In this document: positions 52,154 to 64,000 of the stretch, one piece after another
How the letters are laid out: every line of letters starts with the position of its first letter
Numbering within the stretch: position 1 is the stretch's first letter
From: Mobula hypostoma
Taxonomy: Eukaryota
DNA length: 64,000 nucleotides
Direction: 5' to 3'
Assembly (NCBI RefSeq): GCF_963921235.1
Contig: NC_086108.1
Span: forward strand, 104,162,001-104,226,000
Translations under genes and position numbers: made by a program
The notes under the pieces: model-generated
Seen by the model: the letters and a program-made list of their open reading frames with translations, nothing else
Told to the model about the DNA's origin: nothing
Databases searched by the model: none

Positions 52154-52990
52154 AAATGATAAAGTAGTCGTGTTTTGGGCTGTGGAGGGGTGGATTAGTG
52201 GCTGGAGGTGTTCATCAGGCTTACTGGTTGGGGAAAGTAACTAATTTTGAGTCTTGTGTTCCCGGCATGGATGCTATGTAGCACTCTTCCAGATGGCTGT
52301 GGGCGATACATGTTGCTGTAATATTTTAAACTTGACAAATTTGTACTGTCAACTAAAATCTCCCCCTTACTTGGGCTATGGGCTGATCTAAACCGAAACA
52401 GCTTCTTACTGCCAATAATTCTAACAGTAAATATATGGCTACTGATTTGATAGATCAGTAACATTTTGTACAATTAGGCTCAAAATGTTCAAGTACTTCT
52501 TGACCTTGAAGGTAATTAAATATTAGACAATATTCTTTTTCAATTTCTTTAAGTCAGGGAACGCAGCTGTCTAACTCTTTGTATTCCAACCTGTTTAAGC
52601 CTTTGGTGCTGCATCATATAGTGTAATAGGGAAGGTATCATGACCACCAATACAGAAATGTAATGATCATTTATTTTCTTATTTAGAGACACAGCAGGCT
52701 AACAGGCTTTTCGAGCCAAACAAGACTGGCCCACCCAATTACACATATGTGACCAATTAACACAGCAGCATAGTGGTTAGCCCAATGCTTTACAGTACTG
52801 ATGACCCAGGTTCACTTTGTGACACTGCTTGTAAGGAGTTTGTACGTTCTCTTTGTGACCACGTAGGTTTCCTCCGGGTGCTCCAGTTTCCTCCCACACT
52901 GCAAAGACATACTGGTTGGTAGGTCATTCCATGAAGGGCCTATTCCACACAGCATCTCAAAAAATTAAAAAGAAAACCTACTAACCCATA

Positions 52991-53207
52991 AACAACAGGA
53001 ATTCTGCAGATGATGGAAATTCAAGCAACATACATCAAAGTTGCTGGTGAACGCAGCAGGCCAGGCAGCATCTATAGGAAGAGGCGCAGTCGACGTTTCA
53101 GGCCGAGACCCTTCGTCAGGACTAACTTGACGAAGGGTCTCGGCCTGAAACGTCGACTGCGCCTCTTCCTGGCCTGCTGCATTCACCAGCAACTTTGATG
53201 TATGTTG
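52991..53207. mobile_element. Penelope-like fold-back mini-element with 13 bp TSD
   Basis: Inverted arms meet near 53127. Direct repeat ctactaacccata at 52978-52990 and 53208-53220. Confidence 0.88.
53087..53124 (-). ncRNA. Minimal type I hammerhead ribozyme motif (identical to 12408-12445)
   Basis: Minus strand UAGUCCUGACGAAGGGUCUCGGCCUGAAACGUCGACUG. Confidence 0.75.
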
Positions 53208-53397
53208 CTACTAACCCATACATCTTTTGGAGAGGAAACTGGACCATCCGGAAGAAACCCCAGGCAGTCACGGAGAGAACTTACAATCTCCTTACAGGCA
53301 GAGGCAGGAATCAAACTAATTGGCACCGTAAAGCGTTACTCTAACCACTATGTTGCATGCCTCCCCCAGTACTTTATTTTCCCATATTTTTTTCTTA

Positions 53398-54090
53398 TAA
53401 ACATAGAAACATAGAAAATAGGTGCAGGAGTAGGCCATTTGGCCCTTCAAGCCTGCACCGCCATTCAGTATGATCATGGCTGATCATCCAACTCAGAACC
53501 CTGTACCAGCCTTGCCTTCCCTCCATACCCCCTGATCCCTTTAGCCACAAGGGCCATATCTAACTCCCTCTTAAATATAGCCAATGAACTGGCCTCAACT
53601 GTTTCCTGTGGCAGAGAATTCCACAGATTCACCACTCTCCGTGTGAAGAAGTTTTCCTTAATCTCGGTCCTAAAAGGCTTCCCCTTTATCCTCAAACTGT
53701 GACCCCTCGTTCTGGACTTCCCCAACATCGGGAACAATCTTCCTGCATCTAGCCTGTCCAATCCCTTTAGGATTTTATACGTTTCAATCAGATCCCCCCT
53801 CAATCTTCTAAATTCCAATGAGTATAAGCCTAGTTGATCCAGTCTTTCATCATATGAAAGTCCTGCCATCCCAGGGATCAATCTGGTGAACCTTCTTTGT
53901 ACTCCCTCTATGGCAAGGATGTCTTTCCTCAGATTAGGGGACCAAAACTGCACACAATACTCCAGGTGTGGTCTCACCAAGGCCTTGTACAACTGCAATA
54001 GTACCTCCCTGCTCCTGTACTCGAATCCTCTCGCTATAAATGCCAGTATACCATTCGCCTTTTTCACCGCCTGCTGTATCTGCATGCTGA
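53398..54090 (-). mobile_element. Young CR1 LINE 3' end with uninterrupted ORF2 C-terminus
   Basis: ORF 53474-54274 contains QQAVKKANGILAFI..HLEYCVQFWSP..FFTRRVVNLWNSLP with no stops. (tttctatg)n tail at ~53398-53420. Confidence 0.92.
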
Positions 54091-54756
54091 TTGACCCATT
54101 ATAAACAAAAAAAAAAATCTGCAGATGCTGGAAATCCGAAACAAAGGCAGGACATGCTGAAGATACCAGAGTCTGCAGATGCTGGAATCTGAGGCCAAAA
54201 TCAGGTTGCTGGAGGGACTCAGTGGGTTGAGCAGCAACTGTAAAGAGAAAGGAATTGTTGATGTTTCTGGTCAAAACGCTTCATCGGTTCAGAAAATGCT
54301 GAATATACTCAACTGGTCAGGCAGCATCTGTGTATAGGGAAACAGACTTAATATTACAGAATGGAAACTTTTTCAGAACTAAAATTGGACTAAACATATT
54401 GATGCAGCTACAAATAAAGCTTGACAACGTCCATATTTCATTAAGAGTTTGAGGAGAATTGGTATGCCATCAAGGACTCCTGCAGATTTCTACCGATGTA
54501 CCATGGAGAGCATTCATTCTAACTGGTTGCATCACCATCTGGAAACACTGTAAAGGGTTGAAAACTCAACTAGATCCAACATGGGCACTAGCCCACCACC
54601 ATCGAGGACATCTTCACAAGGCCATGTCTTAAAAAGTTGGCATCCATCATTATGGATCCCCACCATCCAAGAGGACATGTCCTCTTCTCATTGCTACCAT
54701 CAGGGAGGAGGTACAGAAGCCTGAAGGCACACATGTATATACATATATATATATCT

Positions 54757-56703
54757 ATCAAAAGTATTCACCTCGCTTGGAAGTCTTGGAAATTTGCGCA
54801 AGTAATCAGCCCTCTCAAGTCAGCATGTAGTAGATGCACCTTTGGCAGAAATTACAGCCCTGAGTTTGTGTGGATAGGTCTCTATCAGCTTTGCACATCA
54901 GGGCACTGCAATATTTCCCCATTCTTCTTTACAAAACTGAAGCTCTGTCAGTTTGTAAGGGGATTGTGAGTGAACAGCCCTTTTCAAGTCCAGCCACAAA
55001 TTTTCAGTTGGATTGAGGTCTGGACTCCGGCTTGGCCACTCCAGGACATTAACTTTGTTATTTTTAAGTCATTCCTTGGAGTACTACGCTCATTTCTGGT
55101 CACCTCACTACAGGAAGGATGTGGAAGGTGCAGAGGAGACTTACAAGGATGTTGCCTGGATTGGGGAACATGCCTTATGAGGATAGGTTGAGTGAGCCCA
55201 GCCTTTTCTCCTTGGAGCGACGGAGGATGAGAGATGACCTGTTAGAGGTGTATAAGATGATGAGAGGCATTGATTGTGTGGATAGTCGGAGGCTTTTTCC
55301 CAGGGCTGAGATGGCTAACACGAGAGGGCACAGTTTTAAGGTGCTTGGAAGTAGGTATAGAGGAGATGTCAGTGGTAAGTTTTTTTAATGCAGAGAGTGG
55401 TGAGTGTGTGGAATGGGCTGCCGGCAACAGTGGTGGAGGCAGATATGATAGGGTCTTTTAAGAGACTCCTGAATAGGTACACGGAGCTTAGAAAAATAGA
55501 GGGCTATGGGTAACCCTAGGTGATTTCTAAAGTAAGTTCATGTTCGGCACAGCATTGTGGGCCGAAGGGCCTGTATTGTGCTGTAGGTTTTCTATGTCTC
55601 TATTCCTATGTAGCTTAGGCTTTATGCTTGGGGTCATTGTCTTGCTGAAAAACAAATCTTCTCCTAAGTCACAGTTCTCTTGCAGACTGCATCAGGATTT
55701 CCCTGTATTTTGCTGCATTCATTTTACCCTCTACCTTCACAAACCTTCCAGGCCCTGCTACAGTAAAGCATCCCCACAGCATGGTGCAGCCATCACCGTG
55801 CTTCACAGTAGGGATGGTGTGTTTTTGATGATGTGTGGTGTTTTGCTTATGCCAAACATAACATTTAGTCTGATGGCCAAAAAGCTCAATTTCATCAGAA
55901 CACTGAACCTTCTTCCAGCTGATTTCATAGTCTCCCACATGCCTTTTGGTAAACTCTAGCTGAGATTTCATCTGAGTCTTTTTCAACAGTGACTTTCTCC
56001 TTGCTACTCTTCCATAAAGCTGTGACTGGTGAAGCATCCGGGCAACAGTTGTTGTATGTGCAGTCTCTCTCATCTCAGCCACTGAAGCTTGTAACTCCTC
56101 CAGAGTTGTCATAGATCTCTTGATGGCCTCCCTCACTAGTCCCCTTCTTGTACGGTCACTCCATTTTGAGGATGGCCTGCTCTACAGCTGTCTTTCCTTT
56201 TCTTGATGATTGAAGGGATATTCAGTGACGTGGAAATTTTCTTCTATCCATCTGATTTGTGTTTTTCAGTAACCTTTTTGTAGAGTTGCTTGGAGTGTTC
56301 TTTTGTCTTCATGGTGTAGTTTTTGTCAGGATACTGACTCACCAGCAGTTGGACCTCCCAGATACAGGTGCATTTTTACTACAATCAATTGAAACACCTT
56401 GATTGCACGAGTGATCTCCATTTCACTAATTATGTGACCTCTAAAACCAATTGGCTGCACCAGTGATGACTTGGTGTGTCATATTAAAGGGGGTGAATAC
56501 TTGTGCAATCAATTATTTTGTGTTTTATATTTGTAATTAATTTAGATCACTTTGTAGAGATCTGTTTTCACTTTGACATGAAAGAGCCTTTTTCTGTTGT
56601 TCAATGTCAAAAAAAGCCAAATTATATCCACTGTGATTCAATGTTGTAAAACAATAAAACATGAAAACTTCCAAGGGGAAGTGAATACTTTTTATAAGCA
56701 CTG
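54757..56703 (-). mobile_element. Decayed Tc1-family transposon (IR/DR type) containing a CR1 insertion at ~55075-55605
   Basis: ORF 55669-56136 gives GRVARRK..WKKVQCSDE..PTVKHGDGCTMLWGCF..G..MNAAKYREIL. Ends aaaagtattcac (54760) and gtgaatactttttataagcactg-TA. Internal repeat gggtgaatactt at ~56491. Confidence 0.88.
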
Positions 56704-57723
56704 TATTTCTTACTGTAATTTGTAACGTTTTATGTCTTGCATGGTACTGCTACTGCAGAACAACAGATTTCATGACGTAGGTCAATGATAGCAAAACTGA
56801 ATCTGATTCTCTTTCCACTGATGTTGCCTGGCTTGCCGGATACTTCCAGCATTTTCCTGTCTCTGTTATAAGCACAGGTACTACTACAGGGCAGTAATGG
56901 TATTCTAATAGAGGGATTATTACACATAAACAAGGTTCTCTTGGAGGGCCGAGACTGAGGACTGACCTAGTCTGCTCATGGTCTGGTAGGCCTGCATGAA
57001 CATTGTATTGTGTAACCTGTGCCTCTCCAATTGCAATTTTTCAGACTCAGATATATTTATCAGACGTACATTGAAACATACTGTGAAATATGTTGTTTCT
57101 GTTAACAACCAGCACAACCTAATGATGTGCTGGGGCAGCCCGCAAGTGCTGACACATATTCTGGCACCAACAGAGCCTGTCCACAATGCCCGGCCAGCAT
57201 AGCTCAGAACATAGCAAAACAGAATATACCAAACAACAAGAGCAAAACAAGTCCTGTTCCAGCTTCCCACTCACCCACATACACAGCCCTCTCATCCCAG
57301 GACAGGCTGTCTTCTTTGGCCTCCAGCAACATTAGGCCTTCAACTTCCCCATAGGGCTTACAGAGATCCGCAGACTCGGGGCTCCAGTAATCAGGCAATG
57401 ACTTCTGGACTTCCGGTTAACCTTCAGGCTTCAATCTTGTTTCTCAAGTAACTTTCAAGGCTTGATTTTTGGTACCCCCTAAGAATTGCAGATGACAATG
57501 ACTGAGAACCATGGTTGAGATCTCAAATTCTAGGCCTCAAGCTTTGGTCTCTCTGATGATGGAACCATGGGCACTAGGCCTCGAATGCTGCTGTCTCGAT
57601 TTGTGTACCTAGGGGTCATCGGCTCTTATTCCCCACTGGTCTGCTGATATCCAACCACGTTTGCAACACTGAGATTTGAATGTGGAGGGAGGTTTAGAAT
57701 CCGGCCTGTCCTCATATTATTTA

Positions 57724-58252
57724 CACTCAGTGGACACTTTAATATGTACACATATACACCTGCTTTTTAATACAAATATCTAATCAGCCAATCATGCGAT
57801 AGCACCTCAATGCATAAAAATATGCTGAAATGGTGAAGGGGTTCAGATTATGTTCAGACCAAACATCAGAATGGAGAAGAAATATGACCTGTGAATTAGA
57901 CTGATGGTACCAGATGGGGGGTTTTGAGTATCTCAGAAACTGCTGATCTGGGATTTTCACGCATAACAGTCTCTGGAGTTTACATAAAATAGCGCAGGAA
58001 GCAAAAAGCATCCGGTGAGCAGCAGTTCAGTGGGTGAAAATGTCTTGTTAATGAGAGAGGTCAGAGGAGAATGGCCAGACTGGTTTAAGCCACCAGAAAA
58101 GTGACAGGAACTCAAATAACCACGCATTACAACAGTGGTATGCAGAAGAACATTTCTGAATGCACAACATGTTGAACTTTGAATTGGATGTGCAATAGCA
58201 GCAGGAGATCACACCGGGTTCCACTCCTATACCTACTAAAGTGGCCACAGAG
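57724..58252. mobile_element. Tc1-derived non-autonomous element (same family as 5119-5588)
   Basis: TA-cactcagtggacacttt ... taaagtggccacagag termini and a shared body. Confidence 0.72.
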
Positions 58253-58924
58253 CATCCATTTACAAGTATTAGGAACTTGCTGTGGTGTGCTGGTCAGGGT
58301 ACGATATTCAATGAAATGCAACATCCAACAATTATAATTAAATAAAACTTACATAAACTATAAACAGAGGTTAAAGTATAATGATGGCATATGTCTGTCT
58401 TGAAGTGCGGCACTGGAGTGACCTCTCTAGGGCAGAAGTCAGGTCAATCTACAGGCCATGACACAGGGACTTGGGCTATATTATTAGCATATATATATTT
58501 TTGGAAATGGATGTTTTTCTGCTGTCAGTATTATACAGTATGTGCTGTGTGTGACTGTCACTCTGTGCTTTACACCTTAGCCCATGAGGAACACTGTTCC
58601 ATTTGGCATGTCACATGCCGGTGATAATAAACCTGATTCTGATTCTGTATTCATGTGTATGGTTGAATGACAATTAAACTTGAACTCGAGCTGTTAACAG
58701 TCCTTGAAAGTGAGGCACACGCAAAAACTGCTGGAGGAACTCAGCAGGCCAGGCAGCATGTATGGAAAAGAGTACAGTCGACGTTTCGGTCTGAGACCCC
58801 TTGGCAAGACTCTACACTTGTAAGCGAGTCTGTAGGTCATAGAATTGGCTTGGATTAGTGGTGTTTAAAGTTATACACACTGATGGTTGAAAGGTAATAA
58901 CAACAGTAACAGTAACAGTGGACC

Positions 58925-59315
58925 ATTTCTCCAGCAATGAAAAAGAGACTGGAAGCAGCTGAATTATGGTTCTACAGGAGAATGTTAAAAATATCATGGA
59001 CCACACACACATCAAATTAAGAAGTTCTCAGAAGAGCTCAAGCAGTTCGATCACTCATACCAACAATAAGAGAAAGACAACTCAGATTCCTAGGACACAT
59101 CATGCGGAAAGATGAACTAGAAAAACTCATACTCTCTGGAAAGATTGAGGGGAGTAAACTTAGAGGAAGACCTCGGCTTATGTACATCAAAAGCATAGCC
59201 AGGTGGCTACACATCGAGGAAATGGAAGTCATCCAAAAAACGAAGAATAGATCTATATGGAAAACCATGGTCACCAAAGTCCGCATCGGATATGGTACCT
59301 AGACAGACAGACAGA
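58925..59315 (+). mobile_element. RTE LINE 3' fragment
   Basis: RQLRFLGHIMRKDELEKLILSGKIEGSKLRGRPR, ending in an (acag)n tail. Confidence 0.85.
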
Positions 59316-59787
59316 ACATGGTGGTGTGGGACCCAAGACTCCTGTGCCTCCTTCCCAATGATAGTAGTAAGAAGAGGGAATGGCCTGGATGGTGGGCGTC
59401 CTTAATGAATTTATTTTTTGATAAGGGTCATTATTTTCTTTTGTAAGACCTCAAAGCATTGGTTGATGAAATTATCTGTACGAATCATATGTGGAACAAA
59501 TTTTTCACTGTACCTCAGTACACGTTCCTGCCACTGTCTATAAGGAGTTTATACATTCTCCCCGTGACTGCGTGGATTTCCTTGAGGTGCTCCATTTTCC
59601 TCCTATGGTCCAAAGACCTACCAGTTGGTAGGTTGATTGGTCAGTATCAGTTATTCTGTGATTAGGCTAGTTAAACTGGGTTGCTGGGCTGTGGGGCCCG
59701 ATAGACCGGGAGGACCTGTTCCGTGCTGTATCACAATAACAAACCAATTCCAATCCAAGTGTTCTTCAGACAGATCCACATGTAAGT

Positions 59788-60441
59788 TTAGATTGGATTA
59801 GATTATGAGGACATGCGGTCCTCTTTTATTGTCATTTAGTAATGCATGCATTAAGAAATGATACGATGTTTCTCCAGAATGATATCACAGAAACACATGA
59901 CAAACCGACTGAAAAACTGACAAAAACCACATAATTATAACATATAGTTACAACAGTGCAAAGCAATACTGTAATTTGATAAAGAACAGACCATGGCACA
60001 GTAAAAAGTCTCAAAGTCTCTCGAAAGTCCCATCATCTCACACAGACGGTGAACCTCCAGCGCTGCAAACTTGCCGATGCAGCATCCTGGAAGCATCCGA
60101 CCACAGTCCGACTCCGAGTCCGTTCGAAAACTCCGAGCCTCTGACCAGCTCTCTGACACCGAGCACCGAGCACCATCTCTGCCGAGCGCTTCGACCCCGG
60201 CCCCGGCAACAGGCAATAGGCAAAGGTGAGGATCTGGGGCCTTCCCATCCGGAGATTCTCGATCGCACAGTAGCAGCGGCAGTGAAGCAGGCATTTCAGA
60301 AGTTTCTCCAGGTGTTCCTCCGTGCTTCTCATGGCTGTCTCCATCGAATCAGGATTGTGCACGGCCTCTAGTTAACACATATCGATATCATTCGGAATGG
60401 CCGCGCGCGCTGCTTCACGCCGCCATCTTCTCCTCCCTCCC
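59788..60441 (-). mobile_element. Non-autonomous LINE-like retroposon with a CpG-rich 5' end
   Basis: Minus strand starts gggaggagAAGATGGCGGC (YY1-type motif), is CpG-rich, and ends in AATAAA plus an (aatct)n-like tail. No coding homology recognised. Confidence 0.55.
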
Positions 60442-60544
60442 TCACCATCAGCAATGGAAGGAAGTTAAAGCACCATCAGCAATTTCTTTCTAACTGGTAA
60501 ACAGGTTCAGAAACAATCCCTGAAAGCAGATTCTAAGTCACATG

Positions 60545-61400
60545 GAGTCATACAATCATAGAGTCGTAGAGTCATATAGCACTACAGCTCAGAAACTGGC
60601 CCTTCGGCCCATACAGTCCATGCTGAATTCTTATTTGCCTGGTCCCATTGACCTGTACCTGGACCATAGCCCTCCATCGCTTCCCATCATGTGCTTATCC
60701 AAACTTCTCTTCAATGTTGTAACCAAATCCGTGTCCACCACTTCCACTGGCAGCTTTTTCTACACTTGCACAAACATCTGAATGAAGAAGTTACTCTTGG
60801 GTTCCCCTTAAATATTTCACCCTTCACCCTCAGTCTATAACCTCTCGTTCTAGTCTCACCTAACCTCGTCAAAAAACCCTGCTACCATATACCCTATTCA
60901 TACTCTTCATAATTAAAAGATCAAAGTAAATTTTATTGTCAAAGTGCATGTATATCACCTTGTATAACCCTGAGATTCATATTCTGTATACCTCTATCAA
61001 ATGTCCCCTCATTGTTCTATGCTTCAGGGAACGAAGTCCCAATCTTATCAACCTTTTCCTATAACTCAAGTCCTGGCATCATCCTTGTAAAATTTTCTCT
61101 GCAGTATATCAGTCTTATTAATACCTTTCATGTAGGTAGGTGACCAGAACTGCAAACAATACTCCAAATTTGACCTTACAAATATCTTACACAACTTCAA
61201 TATAACACCCCAATTCCTGTGCTGAGTACTTTGATTTTTGAAGGCCAATATGCCAAAATCTCCCTTCATCTCCCTCTCTGCCTGTGATGACACTTTCAAG
61301 GAATTATGGACCTGTATCTCCAGATCCCATTGTTCTACCACACTCCTCAGTGCCCTACATCTCACCGTGTATGTCCTACCCTGGTTCGTCCTCGCAAAGT
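60545..61400 (-). mobile_element. Decayed CR1 LINE 3' fragments
   Basis: LEYCLQFWSP etc. on the minus strand. Confidence 0.75.
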
Positions 61401-61544
61401 GCAAGAAAGGTTGAAAAGGTTACAAGTGGGCATGTTGCAGTGGCACCAGAATATGTGGCAACACTTGCAGGCTGCCCCCGGAAGACCCTGGGTTGTATTG
61501 GTTTTTAACCCAAAGCGACACATTTCACCGTATGTTTCAATGTT

Positions 61545-61920
61545 TGTTCGTTTGTTATGTGCCATATCTTATGACATGGACGATTGTGGTCTCTCCTTGA
61601 CCATGATTATTCTTGGCAAATTATAGAAGTGGTTTCCCATTGCCTTCTTCTGGGCAGTGTTTTTACAAGATGGGTGACCCCAGTCATTATCAATGCTCTT
61701 CAGAGATTGAATGCCTGGTGTCAGTGGTCACATAACCAGGACTTGTGATATGCACCAGCTGCTCATACGACTGTCCACCACCTGCACGAATGGCTTTATG
61801 TGACCCTGATCGGGGGGCCAAGCAGGTGTTACACCTTGCCCAAGGGTGACCTGCAGGCTAGTGGTGGGAGGGAGCACCTTACACCTCCTTTGGTAGAGAT
61901 GTATCTCCACGCTGCCACCC
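61545..61920 (-). mobile_element. Short interspersed repeat, possibly RTE-mobilised; partial relative at ~18190-18310 (+)
   Basis: Shared ccaaaggaggtgtaag..ctccc..ctagcctgcaggtcacccttgggcaaggtgt segment, and a short aacg-type tail. Confidence 0.45.
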
Positions 61921-62008
61921 ATATTTCAATGTGCACATGATAAATAAACGAATCTGAATCTGAAGTGTGGTTCATTATTCTCCTTGAGCAGACTTTGTAA
62001 TCTGCTTC

Positions 62009-63324
62009 TGTCATGGTCCGGTCCATGAAGTCGGTGTTCCGGTTCACGGTCCGGTCCATTGACCCTTGCTCCAGGTTTTCCTGTCTACCCTGTTTCTGTT
62101 CTTGTTGAGCTCTAATTGAGGCAGCTGATGCTCGTTGGGGCTGGCTGCATAAATACCTCCAGAGACCAGGGCGTGGCTGCTGGATTGTTCTTGTCCTTAC
62201 TCCTTGCATCCCTTCCTCTGCCTTCTGTTTCCTCTCCTGAAGCCTTACCGGTAACTCTTGCCTCGCCTGAAGTTCTCGTTTTGCCTTGCAATGCCTGAAG
62301 CCCTGCCTTGTCTTGCCGGTAACTCTCGCCTCGCCTGAAGTTCTGTCTTGCCTTGCATTGCCTGAAGCCTTGCCTTGTCTTGCCATCTTGTGCTGGAGCC
62401 ACCCCGTACCTAGCTCCCTTCCTGTCCCTCGCCTCCGTTGGGTAAGTCAGGCTGTCTTGCCGTTACCTGTGGTTGGTTCTGTCCCTTCCTGTCTCTTGCC
62501 TCTGTTGGGGAAGTGAGGCAATCTTGCCATTATCTGCAGTTGGTTCTGTCCCTTCATGTCCCCTGCCTCCGTCGGGTAAGCCAGGCCGTATTGCCGTTAC
62601 CTGTGGTTGATTCTGTCCCTTCCTGTCCCTTGCCTCCATCGGGTGGAGATCCATGCCCTGCCCAGGAGGAGCTTCCAGTCTCCTAACTCCAGCCTCCAGC
62701 CTCGCATCACCTCAAGTCTCCTGCTGCTGCCAAGCCTCGCCTTGAGTCTCTAGCCTCAAGCCTGAAGACTCCAGCCTCCTGCCTAGCCTCAAGCCTGAAG
62801 ACAGCTTCCAGTCTCCTGCCTCCAGCCTCCATCCTCGCCTCGCCTCGTCTCCTGCCTCCTGCCAAGCCTTGCCTCAAGTTTCTAGCCTCTAGCCTCAAGC
62901 CTGAAGACTCCAGCCTCCTGCCAAGCCTCGCCTCCAGCCTCTAGCCTCAAGCCTGAAAACTCCAGCCTCCTGCTTCCTGCCAAGCCTCGTCTCTAGCCTC
63001 TAGCCTGAAGACACCAGCCTCCAGCCTCCTGCCAAGCCTCGCCTCAAGTCTCCAAGACTCCAACCTCATCCTGCCTGCCAGCCAAGCCTCATCCTTGCCT
63101 AGTTCTGGGGTCCGAGCCAGAGGCAAGACCCAGGTACTGGGTCCTTGTCCAGTCTTTGGCTCGGAGTCCAAGCCCGGGCTCCTAGCTCTCTTCTCCAGTC
63201 CTGTTCCGGGCTCCCAGTTTTCGTGTCCCTGTCCTTGCCCTCACCCTGTATCCTAGTCCTGTCCCTAGTACTTCAGTGTCTGTGTCTTGCACTTGGGTCC
63301 GTTCCCAGCCACCTCCTTATGACA
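62009..63324 (+). mobile_element. Solo LTR (~1.3 kb) with internal minisatellites
   Basis: TGTCAT...ATGACA inverted termini. Flanks gcttc / gcctc match at 4 of 5 positions (TSD). TATA-like cataaata at 62148. No internal coding region adjoins. Confidence 0.8.
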
Positions 63325-64000
63325 GCCTCTTCACTTTTGATCACAATTAGCCTTACTGTAAACACTCCACTGACGTTGAGATTTCTGGAATACTTGTCAG
63401 TTCTCATTCCTGAAGGGAGCGTCCTTTCCACGGGAACTAGTTTGGTACCAGTGTTTGCCAGCCCATCCCACTGGAGTTGACCTGTGTTGATGTAGGTGTG
63501 CACATTTAATTACCGAGGACTCATCGTAATTAGCACCGATGGAAAGAGAATGGATAGCCTGTGAGGAGAGATTGGAGAGGCTGGTTTTATTCTACCTGGA
63601 GTGGAGGAGGTTAAGAAGGGACAGGATTGAGATTGGTAAATGTCTGGGGGATCTAGATAGGATAGACTTTAGGAAATTTCTTCCCTTGATAAACCTGAGA
63701 ATCAAGACTCATTTATTTATCACGTGTACATTGAAACATACGTGCAGTGCGATGTTGTATTAGTTTTAACAACCAACACACCCGAGGGTGTTACCACACA
63801 TTCCGGTGCCAACATAGCATGTCCACAATGCTTGGCTGAACAACACAGAACACAAACAACAAAACAACAATGGCATAATAAGCCTGTTTCACCCTCCCAC
63901 CCGCTAACCATAGACCGTTTGTATTCTTCAGCCTGCAGCCTCCAGCGGACCTGGATTCAGAGACATTGGACCTTTGACTACCCCAGCGGCCAGAGGAATC

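Noticed and set aside
62235..62640. CRISPR-like repeat array
   Set aside because: The units are contiguous degenerate tandem repeats with no unique spacers, in a vertebrate context with no cas genes.
61829..63171. Long repetitive ORFs (e.g. 61829-62386, 62707-62898) as novel proteins
   Set aside because: They arise from low-complexity tandem repeats within the solo LTR, with no splice or homology support.
28450..64000. Exons of a downstream host gene such as a prostanoid receptor
   Set aside because: No ORF or exon with GPCR or other host-protein similarity was recognised; all long ORFs are transposon-derived.

Overview
Eukaryotic, repeat-rich vertebrate DNA. The repeat mix (CR1, Rex1/Babar, RTE, Penelope-like, V-SINE-like, Tc1/mariner) suggests a cartilaginous fish, probably a ray; this is inference only. 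The only recognisable host gene is the 3' part of a GIPC-family PDZ adaptor, most like GIPC2. It has five + strand coding exons (2493-2678, 14055-14235, 22354-22463, 23415-23496, 26233-26384) with canonical GT-AG sites and consistent phases, followed by a ~2 kb repeat-poor putative 3' UTR. The canonical first exon is not in the window, but a 102-codon ORF at 920-1225 ends at a strong in-phase donor and may be an alternative first exon. The remainder is mostly decayed transposons: many CR1 LINEs (two long copies with ORF1 esterase, APE and RT), a Gypsy pol remnant, Rex1/Babar fragments, an RTE with a 5' inversion, a Tc1, Tc1- and mariner-derived MITEs, SINEs and a 1.3 kb solo LTR. The most notable non-genic signal is a family of Penelope-like element ends carrying minimal type I hammerhead ribozyme motifs. 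Two of these are ~220-240 bp TSD-flanked fold-back mini-elements, and one sits in a three-level nested insertion. No prokaryotic system, CRISPR array, rRNA or genuine tRNA was seen.
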